42,058 bases of DNA from Nanobdellati archaeon (GCA_013152815.1 JAADFO010000020.1:1-42058); one strand, 5' to 3'. Shown: positions 27,237-35,868, counted from the stretch's first letter. Numbers and translations are program-made. Notes: a model not told the origin generated them from the sequence alone.

Positions 27237-29123
27237 CTAGCTTCCGAAGAACTCCTGTATCAATGTCTCTGGTTCGATTGAGATGTTCACCCCCATGTCC
27301 TCTGGGAAGTGCTGACGGTAGTTTGGCCAGGCATAGCGTTCGTCGAGGAAGACGATGACGCCCTTGTCGGTCTCGCTGCGGATGCACCTGCCTGCCCCCT
27401 GCAGGGTCTTGTTGAAGGCCGGCAACACATAGCCGTAGAGCCAGCCCTTGGCGAAACGCCGGTCATAGTAGTCGATCAGGGCCTTGGTCTCGAGGTCAGG
27501 ACGGTGGAGCGGCAGGCCGACGACGATGACCCCCTTCAGAAGGTCTCCCGGAAGGTCGATGCCTTCGGCGAAATTCGCAGAGGAGACCGCCAGCAGCACG
27601 GCACCTGCATCCTTGTAGGTCTTGAAGGTCTCCAGCATCTCGAACTTCTCGTCCTTTGTCAGCCTTGGATCTTCCTCCATGACCGTCTTCTTCGAGATGA
27701 TCCTGAAGTACATGCCGACCTCCCGCATCAGGAAATAGCTGGGGAAGAAGATGATGAGGTTGCCGGGGACCGCAGCACTGATACGGGAACAGTGCTCGGC
27801 GATGTCTTTATATTGCCGGTCTGAACGCAGGGTGAACTTGGTCGTCGTCCTGGGGACGATGAGCGAGAGACGGTTGCTCATGGGAAACGGGTTGCCATAG
27901 GTAATGCATTCGCTGTCATCGGGAAATCCCAGCACATCCCGATACATCCCGGTCGGTGAGAGGGTCCCTGACATGATGATGGTGGAATGGGCATCCTTGA
28001 TGACCGGAGCAGTCAGAAGAGACGGGTCGAGGCATTTGTACTTGAGCGTGATGAGCGGCTGACGGAACCCCTGCTTGAGGTCCACGGTCCGGACATAGCC
28101 GTCATCCTCCCCTTTCCAGAGAGTGAGAAAGGCAGAGACCCTCCCGAGGAAGGATTGTTTCTTCTCCTCCCTGACCGTGTCAGCAGCCTCTTCGAAACGG
28201 TCGATGAGGTCATCATACTGGTCAAGGGTCCCCAACCCGTCCATGAACTGGTCCCTGCGCACCAACCGTTCCCCGCCCAGTTCCAACGACCGTGACAGCC
28301 CGACCAGGATATCCTGCAGGAGCGAAAGCTCTTCTATCAGCTCAGGGAAGGCGTGCTTCTTGGCCTCCTTGATGGCCTGGAGGATGACATAGGAGGAAAG
28401 CTGGACCGAGGCCAGGTCACGTATCCTCCCCGGAAGGTTATGGCCTTCGTCCACGATGATGACAGCATCAGAGAGATCCTTGCCTATCCTGTTGAGAAAG
28501 TTCTGCCGGATTCCCGGATCGAAGAGATAGAGATAGTCGGCGACGATGACACGGGAGCTTGCCGAGAGCAGGGCAGCCATCTCATAGGGACAGAGTTCGG
28601 CATCCTCTGCCACAGAGAAGATACGCTCTGTATGGATGGGGCTCAGCCGTTTCATGTCCTCCAATGCAACCTTCGCCTCGACGGTGAACTTGCCGTTCTT
28701 CTGCCTTGCCCTGCTGTAGAAAGCGCAGGCGTGGTCCTCACGCATCCGTTTGCAGTACTCGTTGAAATCCCCGCCCCGCATGTCCTTGATGCCCGGCTGG
28801 AGGCACATCCACCGTTTGCCTATCATGTCCGATGCCACCAGGGTCTGGAGATGCGCCTCTTTGATGTGCTGCAGGGTCTCGATGGCTATCTTGTGCTGGG
28901 TGTGCCGTGAGGTGAGAAAATAGATGGTGAGGTCCTTCTTCTTGGCGACAGAGAGCGCGGGACCGAGGGTGGAGACGGTCTTTCCGAGACCGGTGGGCGC
29001 ATGGATGACCGCACTCTTCCCTGACTCGATGATGTCCCTGACCTTTTTCAGCATGTCCTGCTGGACGGCCCGGACATGCGCATAAGGAAACAGCAGGCTT
29101 TTCCTGTCGTCGGAGGAGAGCAT
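27237..29123 (-). CDS. xpd: XPD/Rad3 (DinG family) Fe-S DNA helicase
   Basis: APTGLGKT, four Fe-S Cys including CPYE, DEGHN, SGTL, QGAGRCIRS. Confidence 0.95.
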   Translation of the reverse strand: MLSSDDRKSLLFPYAHVRAVQQDMLKKVRDIIESGKSAVIHAPTGLGKTVSTLGPALSVAKKKDLTIYFLTSRHTQHKIAIETLQHIKEAHLQTLVASDMIGKRWMCLQPGIKDMRGGDFNEYCKRMREDHACAFYSRARQKNGKFTVEAKVALEDMKRLSPIHTERIFSVAEDAELCPYEMAALLSASSRVIVADYLYLFDPGIRQNFLNRIGKDLSDAVIIVDEGHNLPGRIRDLASVQLSSYVILQAIKEAKKHAFPELIEELSLLQDILVGLSRSLELGGERLVRRDQFMDGLGTLDQYDDLIDRFEEAADTVREEKKQSFLGRVSAFLTLWKGEDDGYVRTVDLKQGFRQPLITLKYKCLDPSLLTAPVIKDAHSTIIMSGTLSPTGMYRDVLGFPDDSECITYGNPFPMSNRLSLIVPRTTTKFTLRSDRQYKDIAEHCSRISAAVPGNLIIFFPSYFLMREVGMYFRIISKKTVMEEDPRLTKDEKFEMLETFKTYKDAGAVLLAVSSANFAEGIDLPGDLLKGVIVVGLPLHRPDLETKALIDYYDRRFAKGWLYGYVLPAFNKTLQGAGRCIRSETDKGVIVFLDERYAWPNYRQHFPEDMGVNISIEPETLIQEFFGS

Positions 29124-29333
29124 CCCTAACGGACAGGAGGGATGTTTTTATGCTTTGCCTCCGTTGCCGTGAGAATCGCCGGAAGAGGCAGAGACACTGG
29201 CCAGGAATTATATGCAGTATTGAAAACATATGCTGTAAAATGTAAAGTTTTATATATAGTTCTGGATTATCTATTTTCATTCTCATAGGCGATTTTCGAG
29301 GGGGCCGAGAAGGAACATCGAGGGAAGAAAACC

Positions 29334-29603
29334 ATGACGAACAAGAATATCTTCAATGTCTTTTTCCGTGAGAAACCTGCCATGATGCTTGTCAAGCTCA
29401 ACACCTCAAAATCAGATATCTACGCGAGCTCGCTCGCGAAACTCATCGACTGCACCTACTCCCATGTCGTCAAGATACTCCAGGCGATGGAAAAGGCAGG
29501 CCTCGTCAACTTCGAGAAGCAGGGACGGCTCAAGCTCCTCACGCTGACGAAGAAGGGCCAGGAAGTCGCCACCCACATCGAGCATATCAAGAACCTGTTC
29601 TGA
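29334..29603 (+). CDS. Small winged-helix transcriptional regulator
   Basis: YASSLAKLIDCTYSHVVKIL...GR.K...LTKKG. Confidence 0.88.
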   Translation: MTNKNIFNVFFREKPAMMLVKLNTSKSDIYASSLAKLIDCTYSHVVKILQAMEKAGLVNFEKQGRLKLLTLTKKGQEVATHIEHIKNLF

Positions 29604-29670
29604 TAAAAGACCAGACACCAGATGTTGCCTTCCTCTCTCGTTCCTTCTTTCTTTGCCCGCTGCAATCACA

Positions 29671-30444
29671 TCAGAAGTTGAACAGGGGAAGCTTCTTGAC
29701 CAGTTGCCGGGTGAAGTCAGGATCATTCACTATACCTATGCGAAAGAGATACTCACAGATGCCATCATCCCGCTCGGTGAATCCGATGATCTCGGTGTCA
29801 TGCAGCAGTACCTTCTTCAGAGCAAACTTTGCAAAGAAATAGCGACGGAAACGTGACAGCGCATCGGTCTCTATCTGGTCCTTTACTTTCCCGATGTACT
29901 TCTTATCACTCTTGAATTGTCCAGCGACATAGATGGCCCCGTCTTTCTTGAATACCCCTTGTTTATGATGGTACAGGCCTTTCTCGTTCCTGACATCGAC
30001 AAGCAAGACCCTGAGATGCTTCGCGAGCTTGCCGTCACCGAGCTGCTCTGCGATCTGCAGGTAGATCGAGAGCAGCTTCTCTGCCTCGTCATAGCGATGG
30101 TTCTTCAGGTCGTCCTCCACCTCCCTGTCGATGGACTTCATGATGGCCTGGAACTCTTTGGCAGCGTCCTGGACAAGGATGGTGTTCGCACTGAGCTTGC
30201 CGAGCAGGACCTTCACCCGGGGAAGGAGGTCGATGGTCCCCGCAGCCAGCGGCTTCGCGAGCATCAGAATGGTGAGCAGAGAGATCAGAAACCGCTTCCC
30301 TTTCTTTTTCACCTTTTGATGGAGCGCCTTCAGCAGGGTTCCTGCTCTGAGCCAGGAACCTTCGACAGTGGACGTCATGCCCTTGAACTCCTGGAGAACA
30401 TGCTTCTCTTCCTTGACCGCTTTCTTGAGACGCCTGATGCCCAT
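29671..30444 (-). CDS. Hypothetical protein with an internal hydrophobic/signal-like segment
   Basis: 257 aa; KKKGKRFLISLLTILMLAKPLAAG at aa ~47-70; TATA at 30468-30475. Confidence 0.75.
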   Translation of the reverse strand: MGIRRLKKAVKEEKHVLQEFKGMTSTVEGSWLRAGTLLKALHQKVKKKGKRFLISLLTILMLAKPLAAGTIDLLPRVKVLLGKLSANTILVQDAAKEFQAIMKSIDREVEDDLKNHRYDEAEKLLSIYLQIAEQLGDGKLAKHLRVLLVDVRNEKGLYHHKQGVFKKDGAIYVAGQFKSDKKYIGKVKDQIETDALSRFRRYFFAKFALKKVLLHDTEIIGFTERDDGICEYLFRIGIVNDPDFTRQLVKKLPLFNF

Positions 30445-30474
30445 AACAGCATTACACGGTCTGAAAGTTTATAT

Positions 30475-30561
30475 AGATTATCATGACACAGATTATCATG
30501 ACACAGATTATCATGACACAGATTATCATGACACAGATTATCATGACACAGATTATCATGA
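30475..30561. repeat. Perfect 15-bp tandem repeat AGATTATCATGACAC, 5.8 copies
   Basis: Read directly; no spacers. Confidence 0.97.
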
Positions 30562-30603
30562 TGAAAAGAAAAAAAGAGGAAGTAAAAAAAAGATGGAGTA
30601 AAC

Positions 30604-31059
30604 CTACTCCAGGAAGATGCTTACCTTGGACGGATCGTATTTCCAGTCGAGGGGCAGAACTTCGCTCTTCTTGTAGTACTTCACCAGCCGTCGTATCTTC
30701 GACGTCGTCAGGGTAAGGCCGCGCTTCGCCGTCTCATCCTTATGGTTCTCCTCGAGATGCTTCCGTATCAGGATCTCCTTCTTGATGAGCGATGTCAGGT
30801 CCTCGGGAATCTTCGGGAGGAGCTTCCGTTCCTGGAGTATCTGGGTGATGGACTTGCCGGTGATCATCTTCACATCGACGATGCCGTAGGTGTCCCGCAG
30901 ATGGAGCCCTATCCTCGACGGCTTCTGGCCTTCTTTGGTCAGCTTGACCACGAGCAGCTCGATCTCCTTCGGCTTGTAGATCTGCCAGCTGGGAGCCTGC
31001 TTCTTGGCAGGCTTTGCTGACCGTGATTTCCCTTTCTTTCGTGAATGCATCCGTGCCAT
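30604..31059 (-). CDS. rps15: 30S ribosomal protein uS15 (archaeal S15/S13e type)
   Basis: MARMHSRKKGKS, IG..LRD.YG, IPEDL, SKIRRLVKYYK; GAGGTG SD. Confidence 0.97.
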   Translation of the reverse strand: MARMHSRKKGKSRSAKPAKKQAPSWQIYKPKEIELLVVKLTKEGQKPSRIGLHLRDTYGIVDVKMITGKSITQILQERKLLPKIPEDLTSLIKKEILIRKHLEENHKDETAKRGLTLTTSKIRRLVKYYKKSEVLPLDWKYDPSKVSIFLE

Positions 31060-31079
31060 GGTAGCACCTCTGTTCGCAT

Positions 31080-31152
31080 AGAGAGTGAAGAACGTCGTCA
31101 GAAAAGACCCGTCTTCCAGCATGGGCAAGCCGGTATGACCGGCCCATCTCTC
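31080..31152 (-). promoter_or_regulatory. Candidate structured 5' leader of rps15
   Basis: Closing stem GAGAG/CTCTC plus two inner hairpins, between the TATA box (~31178-31186) and the SD. Confidence 0.55.
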
Positions 31153-31243
31153 GGATGGGGTCTCGAATCCGGCCCGCTTTTTAAAGGTTTTGGGAATGTT
31201 TACACAAAGCTTTTTAAAGCAAACATAAACACTAAAGCTTTCC

Positions 31244-31349
31244 GGGCCCGTAGCTTAGCCTGGTGGAGTGCCCGATCCGTCCAGAACGTTTCTAGGCGGA
31301 GGCAATACTGATAATCGGGTGGTCCCGTGTTCAAATCACGGCGGGCCCA
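31244..31349 (+). tRNA. tRNA-Ile(GAT) with a 32-nt intron (31275-31306) at position 30/31
   Basis: Acceptor GGGCCCG/CGGGCCC; T arm CCGTG-TTCAAAT-CACGG; anticodon stem CCCGA/TCGGG after splicing; BHB motif; TATA at 31211-31218; CCA not encoded. Confidence 0.93.
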
Positions 31350-31497
31350 GTATCTGGAAAGCGCTACTCGGTTTCCACCAGGCACATTTTTTCTTTATGT
31401 TTCGCTCAGGAAGATGTATTCGCTCTGACATCAAGATCAAGAAAGAAAAAGAACAAGGCTTAACAGGGCTTATGCCTGGCTGTCCAGTGGGCAATGA

Positions 31498-31848
31498 TCA
31501 GCCGAAATAATCCTGGACAGGGCTCTTGGTCGTCTTCTTGGCCGTCTTCCTCTGCTTCTTGAGCTTCTGGGCCTTCACGAGCGGCCTGGGCTTCTCGATG
31601 GTCCCGAACTTCTTCTCGTAGTCGTCGATGTTCTTCTTCAGGGCATTGAGGAAATCCTTCGCCATGAACGGATCGGCTGTGATGACATCATGTTTCATGG
31701 AGACCCGCATGGGCTGGCCCGGCATGTCGAGCCTGGGCGTCACGCTCTTGAAGTCGAAGATGAACTTCAAAGGGTTGTGGATGACAGAGATCTCATCGGC
31801 ATGGAACGGGTCGCCATCACTGATATTCAATCGGACTTCTTGCTGCAT
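31498..31848 (-). CDS. Conserved hypothetical protein, DUF3467-like
   Basis: F.ADE.SV.HN...F.FDFK...P...P..AK.F..AL..NI..YEKKFG.I pattern. Confidence 0.7.
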   Translation of the reverse strand: MQQEVRLNISDGDPFHADEISVIHNPLKFIFDFKSVTPRLDMPGQPMRVSMKHDVITADPFMAKDFLNALKKNIDDYEKKFGTIEKPRPLVKAQKLKKQRKTAKKTTKSPVQDYFG

Positions 31849-32004
31849 GGGTATCACCAGAAAGAAGAGAAAGACCATAGTTTATAAAGGAGACCAATGG
31901 CTTCTTAAATGAAAGCGCATCGTCACTGACATAGGGTATCGTTACCCCTTGCAAGTACTGATAAAAACGAAAAGTATAAATAGTAGTTATATCTACTACA
32001 TAGT

Positions 32005-32068
32005 TACAACAACTGCCTTTCTTACCCAAGGGTATTCTTCCCCCCTCGCTCTTGGGTAATTTTTTTTC
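32005..32068 (+). ncRNA. Candidate sRNA 2 or attenuator (C-rich loop hairpin plus U-tract)
   Basis: TATA TATAAATA at 31975-31982; stem TTACCCAAGGG/CTCTTGGGTAA (32022-32059); loop TATTCTTCCCCCCTCG; T-run follows. Confidence 0.5.
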
Positions 32069-32104
32069 TTCTCCGGCAGTGTCCCGAAAGACGAGGTGAT
32101 CCAT

Positions 32105-32215
32105 GTGTCATTGGCTGAAATCGCTGAACACACCGAAGTGACCCAGGAAGCAAAGCAGAAGGCTCACCTGGTCGCAGAGTATGAGGATTTCCTGAGATTC
32201 ATGGATTCGACATGA
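32105..32215 (+). CDS. Small 36-aa protein not in the ORF track (MSLAEIAEHTEVTQEAKQKAHLVAEYEDFLRFMDST)
   Basis: Strong SD GAGGTGAT at 32093-32100, GTG start, tandem TGA stops, then a T-rich terminator. Confidence 0.55.
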   Translation: MSLAEIAEHTEVTQEAKQKAHLVAEYEDFLRFMDST

Positions 32216-32346
32216 TGATCCTTTTTCTTTTCAGATGATGCTGCATCCGCGACGATGCAGAAGGACCCGTGCAGAGGCTGCCTGTCCGAGAACAGATATG
32301 ATCCAAGAATAGATATATAAGTCATGCAAGGTTTGCTTCTCCCAAG

Positions 32347-32859
32347 ATGATGGGACAGGCGCAGAAACAGGAGTTTGAGCTGGGAGGTGTGTATGCCGGC
32401 AATTACGCGGTGCTGTACCAGGTGGACCCGGGCCATGAGGCGGTCTTCGCGCCTACCTATAAACTGAAGAGTCCCCAGCCAGGGATGTACATCGTGAAAG
32501 GAAAGCTCATGCCCCTGGATGATGTCTCGCAGCGTTCTCTCGAGAAGATGCTTCCTCCAGGCAGTTCCCGTAATGAATATGCACAGCTTGGAAAACGGTT
32601 CGAGGACATCGACAAGGCAAGATTCTATGTGACCATCGTCAATGAGTTCAGCTACCTGCTGGAAAGCGTCAGTCTCGCGGCCGAAGCCGGTTTGACCCCG
32701 GAGCGGAGAGAGGTCATCGAGAAGACCACCACAGGATGGATGACGATGCTCATCACCCAGATGCTCACCGACAGAGGATATGACCCACAGAAGGCAGAGG
32801 AAGCATCGAGAAAGGCCTTCAGCGAAGAGCGTTTCGACCACATCGATGCTCTTCTTTAA
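32347..32859 (+). CDS. Hypothetical protein
   Basis: 170 aa, typical codon style, TATA-like TATATAA about 30 nt upstream. Confidence 0.75.
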   Translation: MMGQAQKQEFELGGVYAGNYAVLYQVDPGHEAVFAPTYKLKSPQPGMYIVKGKLMPLDDVSQRSLEKMLPPGSSRNEYAQLGKRFEDIDKARFYVTIVNEFSYLLESVSLAAEAGLTPERREVIEKTTTGWMTMLITQMLTDRGYDPQKAEEASRKAFSEERFDHIDALL

Positions 32860-32979
32860 GTTTAAGCGTCAGTCAGCAGCTCCCTGTGGAGACAGGTTTG
32901 CAGCAGCCCGGAAAAACGTTCGCTGGACAGGTCTGACTTTTGCATAACCTTTTTAATCAGGCTTCATTTCAGCCTGCCC

Positions 32980-33246
32980 ATGGACTACCTGGACTACGAC
33001 ATGGAGATCGAGAAGGTCATCGCAAAGATACATCAGGAGAAGGCGAAGACCGTCTGTCTTCAGTTGCCCGACGGCCTGCGGCCGAAGGCCAAGGACATCC
33101 AGGACATCATAAAAAAAGAGACAGGAGCCGACGTCCTCCTCTGGGCGGGCAGCTGCTTCGGAAGCTGCGACGTGCCCTTCGAGGTGGGGCAGCTGGGCAC
33201 CGACCTGCTCATCAGCTGGGGACATCCTGTCTGGAAACACACCTAG
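32980..33246 (+). CDS. Diphthamide biosynthesis Dph2 N-terminal domain (stand-alone)
   Basis: KTVCLQLPDGL, SCFGSCDVP, DLLISWGH. Confidence 0.85.
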   Translation: MDYLDYDMEIEKVIAKIHQEKAKTVCLQLPDGLRPKAKDIQDIIKKETGADVLLWAGSCFGSCDVPFEVGQLGTDLLISWGHPVWKHT

Positions 33247-33263
33247 GGGTGCGGAGGAGAAGA

Positions 33264-33704
33264 ATGAAGATCATCATGGGAGCAGACCATGCAGGCTATG
33301 AACTCAAGGAAGCGGTCAAGCAGCACCTCAAGGAAAAGGGCCACGAGGTCGTCGACCTGGGGACAGACGGCAAGGAGAGCGTCGACTACCCCGACTATGC
33401 GCAGAAGGTGAGCCATGAGGTGCTGAAGGAGCATGCCATGGGCGTCCTCTGCTGCGGCACCGGCATCGGCATGTCCCTCACTGCCAACAGGATAAGAGGC
33501 ATCCGGGCAGCGGTATGCCATTCTGACTATACCGCCAAAGTAGCGCGTGAGCACAACAATGCCAACATCATCTGCCTGGGCGGACGGACCATCCCCCCGG
33601 AGCTGGCCATCCACATGGTGGACATCTTCTTCTCCACTGATTTCTCGCCAGAGGAACGTCATCACCGACGGGTCGACAAGATAGAAGCGACGAAATGCTG
33701 CTAA
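33264..33704 (+). CDS. rpiB: Ribose-5-phosphate isomerase B
   Basis: GADHAG, VDYPD, CGTGIG, HNNAN, RHHRRV; GGAGG SD. Confidence 0.97.
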   Translation: MKIIMGADHAGYELKEAVKQHLKEKGHEVVDLGTDGKESVDYPDYAQKVSHEVLKEHAMGVLCCGTGIGMSLTANRIRGIRAAVCHSDYTAKVAREHNNANIICLGGRTIPPELAIHMVDIFFSTDFSPEERHHRRVDKIEATKCC

Positions 33705-33705
33705 G

Positions 33706-34908
33706 ATGGACAAAACGATGGACAAAGGATTTCTCATCGATGACCAGGACCTCAAAGGGCTTGCGAAGGCGTTCTCCGATGCGACCAAGCTCATCCACAC
33801 GGCCATCAATGAGAGAAGGCCCGTCTGGATCAGGCATCATGGTGACTGCGACGGCTACGCCGCAGGGGTCGCCCTGCAGAGCGCGATAATACCCTTGATG
33901 GTCCAGGAGACAGGTGACAGGAGCGCAGGCTACAAACGATGCAGGAGGGCGCCTTCACGGACACCCTGGTACGACATCGAGGATGCCACCAAGGACATCA
34001 TGTACCATCTTGAGGACCGAGAGCGCTTCGGCAACCCGCCGCCCCTGCTCATCGTCATGGACAACGGCAGCACCGAGGAAGATGTCCCGGCGCTCGAGAA
34101 GGTAAAGGTCCTGGGATTCCAGGTCCTGGTGGTCGACCATCATGATCCTGGAGAGAACAAGGCAGACAAGTTCATCGACGTCCACATCAATCCTCACCAG
34201 GTCAATCCCTCATCGGAGATCACCGCAGGGATGCTCGGCGTGGAACTGGCAAGATGGGTCAAGGAAGATTTCATCGTCCCGCACATGGCCGCAGTGGCAG
34301 GCATCGCAGACCGTTCGAGAGGGAAAGCGTACGAGCAGTATCTCAGGCTCGCAGAGGAGGAAGGCTTCGACGGACCCTATCTCGAGAAGCTCTCGCTCGC
34401 CATAGACCATGAAGCCTATCTGGTACGGTACTCAGAAGGACGGCAATATTTCAATCTCCTTTTCGGTGCGAGGGACGACCGCCAGGAAAGGCTGGTGATG
34501 CTCATCGCGAAGGCTGCCCAGGAGAAGAAGGAGCAGCTGTTCCAGGACGCGAAGGCCCATGTGAAGATAGAGGACAGAGAAGGATTTATCCTCGCGAAGA
34601 TACCCCTGCAAGGCATGACCAACAGAGGAACATATCCGACCATCGGCAAGATAGCGGGCATGGTGCGGGACTGGCTTGAGACCGAGAGAAAGAAGACGGT
34701 CATAGCACTGAGCATCGATGCAGGAAGGGTCTCGTTCCGCATGTCGCATGATGCGGCATTTGACGTCAACAAGATCAAGACGGTGCTGCAAGAGAAGCTT
34801 CCTCACGCAAACGTCACCGGAGGAGGCCATGCCCATGCAGGGACGATCAGGTTCCACGCGATGGCGCAGGATGAGATCCTGAAGAACATCGACGAACAGC
34901 TGACCTAA
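33706..34908 (+). CDS. DHH/DHHA1 RecJ-like phosphoesterase
   Basis: RHHGDCDG, DNGS, VDHH, AD, GGGH. Confidence 0.9.
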   Translation: MDKTMDKGFLIDDQDLKGLAKAFSDATKLIHTAINERRPVWIRHHGDCDGYAAGVALQSAIIPLMVQETGDRSAGYKRCRRAPSRTPWYDIEDATKDIMYHLEDRERFGNPPPLLIVMDNGSTEEDVPALEKVKVLGFQVLVVDHHDPGENKADKFIDVHINPHQVNPSSEITAGMLGVELARWVKEDFIVPHMAAVAGIADRSRGKAYEQYLRLAEEEGFDGPYLEKLSLAIDHEAYLVRYSEGRQYFNLLFGARDDRQERLVMLIAKAAQEKKEQLFQDAKAHVKIEDREGFILAKIPLQGMTNRGTYPTIGKIAGMVRDWLETERKKTVIALSIDAGRVSFRMSHDAAFDVNKIKTVLQEKLPHANVTGGGHAHAGTIRFHAMAQDEILKNIDEQLT

Positions 34909-35096
34909 CAATCCTTACCTTCTTTCGGTCAGCACGACGATTACGATCAACCCATCACGAACAATTCGATTAGTTGTTATCAATATAGAAAACAAACAAT
35001 AGCTCTCTTCTTCTCTCAACAGTGGCTAAACAAGTTATTTATATCGAAGAATCATCCCAACAAGAAACGGGGGGTTTTCCAGGCGATTTTTGAAGA

Positions 35097-35867
35097 ATGC
35101 GGGCAGCAATCGACTTCGGTACCACCTTGACGAAAGTCGTGGTGATGAACAAGAACAAGGTGCAGAAGAAGAAGCTCTTCAAGGATTCGAGCCTTATCCT
35201 GGTCAAGAAATTTCTCCGTGACGACCTTCCGAAGATAAGCACTCTTCATTATACCCGAAGCAACAGGAAGACCATGGAAGGTGCATTCCTAGGCGTCGAG
35301 GTGAAGCAGGAAGATGAACTGAAGGCTCTTGTCAGGGGAGCGAGGTATCTCTCCCGGAAGAAGACCGGGCTCGTGGTCTCCCTGGGGACAGGGACAGCCA
35401 TCATGGTGGACGGCAAGCATGCCGGCGGGACTCCCATCGGAGGAGGGATGATCCAGGGCCTGTGTGAGCTGCTGACCGGCACAAGCGACCTCCACGAGAT
35501 CAGCAACCTTGCACGGCAGGGCAACATCCAGAAGACCGCGACCCTCATCAAGAACATCTATCCGAAAGGCATCGGCGGCCTGCATCCCAACGACATCGCA
35601 TCCTATTTCTCCAGGGTCAGCTATCCGAACAGAGGGGATATCGCGCTCGCCATCATCACCGTAGTCGGCGAGACCCTCGGCATGATCGTGGGCATGACCG
35701 CGAAGGCACACAGAGCCAGGAATGTGGTCATGGTGGGGAACGTCAGCAAGATCAAGCAGGTGACGTCGCTCATCGAGAAACGGGCCAGACGCATCGCCGG
35801 GAAATCAGTCACCTTCACCGTCCCCAAGAACGCTGAATATGCCGTTGCCATCGGCTGCATGGTGTGA
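35097..35867 (+). CDS. Type II pantothenate kinase-like (CoaW/Fumble, ASKHA fold)
   Basis: IDFGTTLTKV, E..A...G, SLGTGT, GGTPIGGG.IQGL..LL, AIG. Confidence 0.82.
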   Translation: MRAAIDFGTTLTKVVVMNKNKVQKKKLFKDSSLILVKKFLRDDLPKISTLHYTRSNRKTMEGAFLGVEVKQEDELKALVRGARYLSRKKTGLVVSLGTGTAIMVDGKHAGGTPIGGGMIQGLCELLTGTSDLHEISNLARQGNIQKTATLIKNIYPKGIGGLHPNDIASYFSRVSYPNRGDIALAIITVVGETLGMIVGMTAKAHRARNVVMVGNVSKIKQVTSLIEKRARRIAGKSVTFTVPKNAEYAVAIGCMV

Positions 35868-35868
35868 G

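Noticed and set aside
30475..30561. CRISPR array
   Set aside because: Units are contiguous 15-mers with no spacers, and there are no cas genes in the window
30368..30716. ORFs with (DYHDT)n or (MTQII)n repeats
   Set aside because: By-products of the tandem repeat; they overlap real genes on the opposite strand
31276..31300. Resemblance of the tRNA intron hairpin (CAGAA...TTTCT) to arms of the 1245-1426 element
   Set aside because: Match too short to distinguish from chance
32940..33263. 108-aa N-terminal extension of RpiB
   Set aside because: Overlaps the Dph2 fragment in another frame; the true start at 33264 has a GGAGG SD
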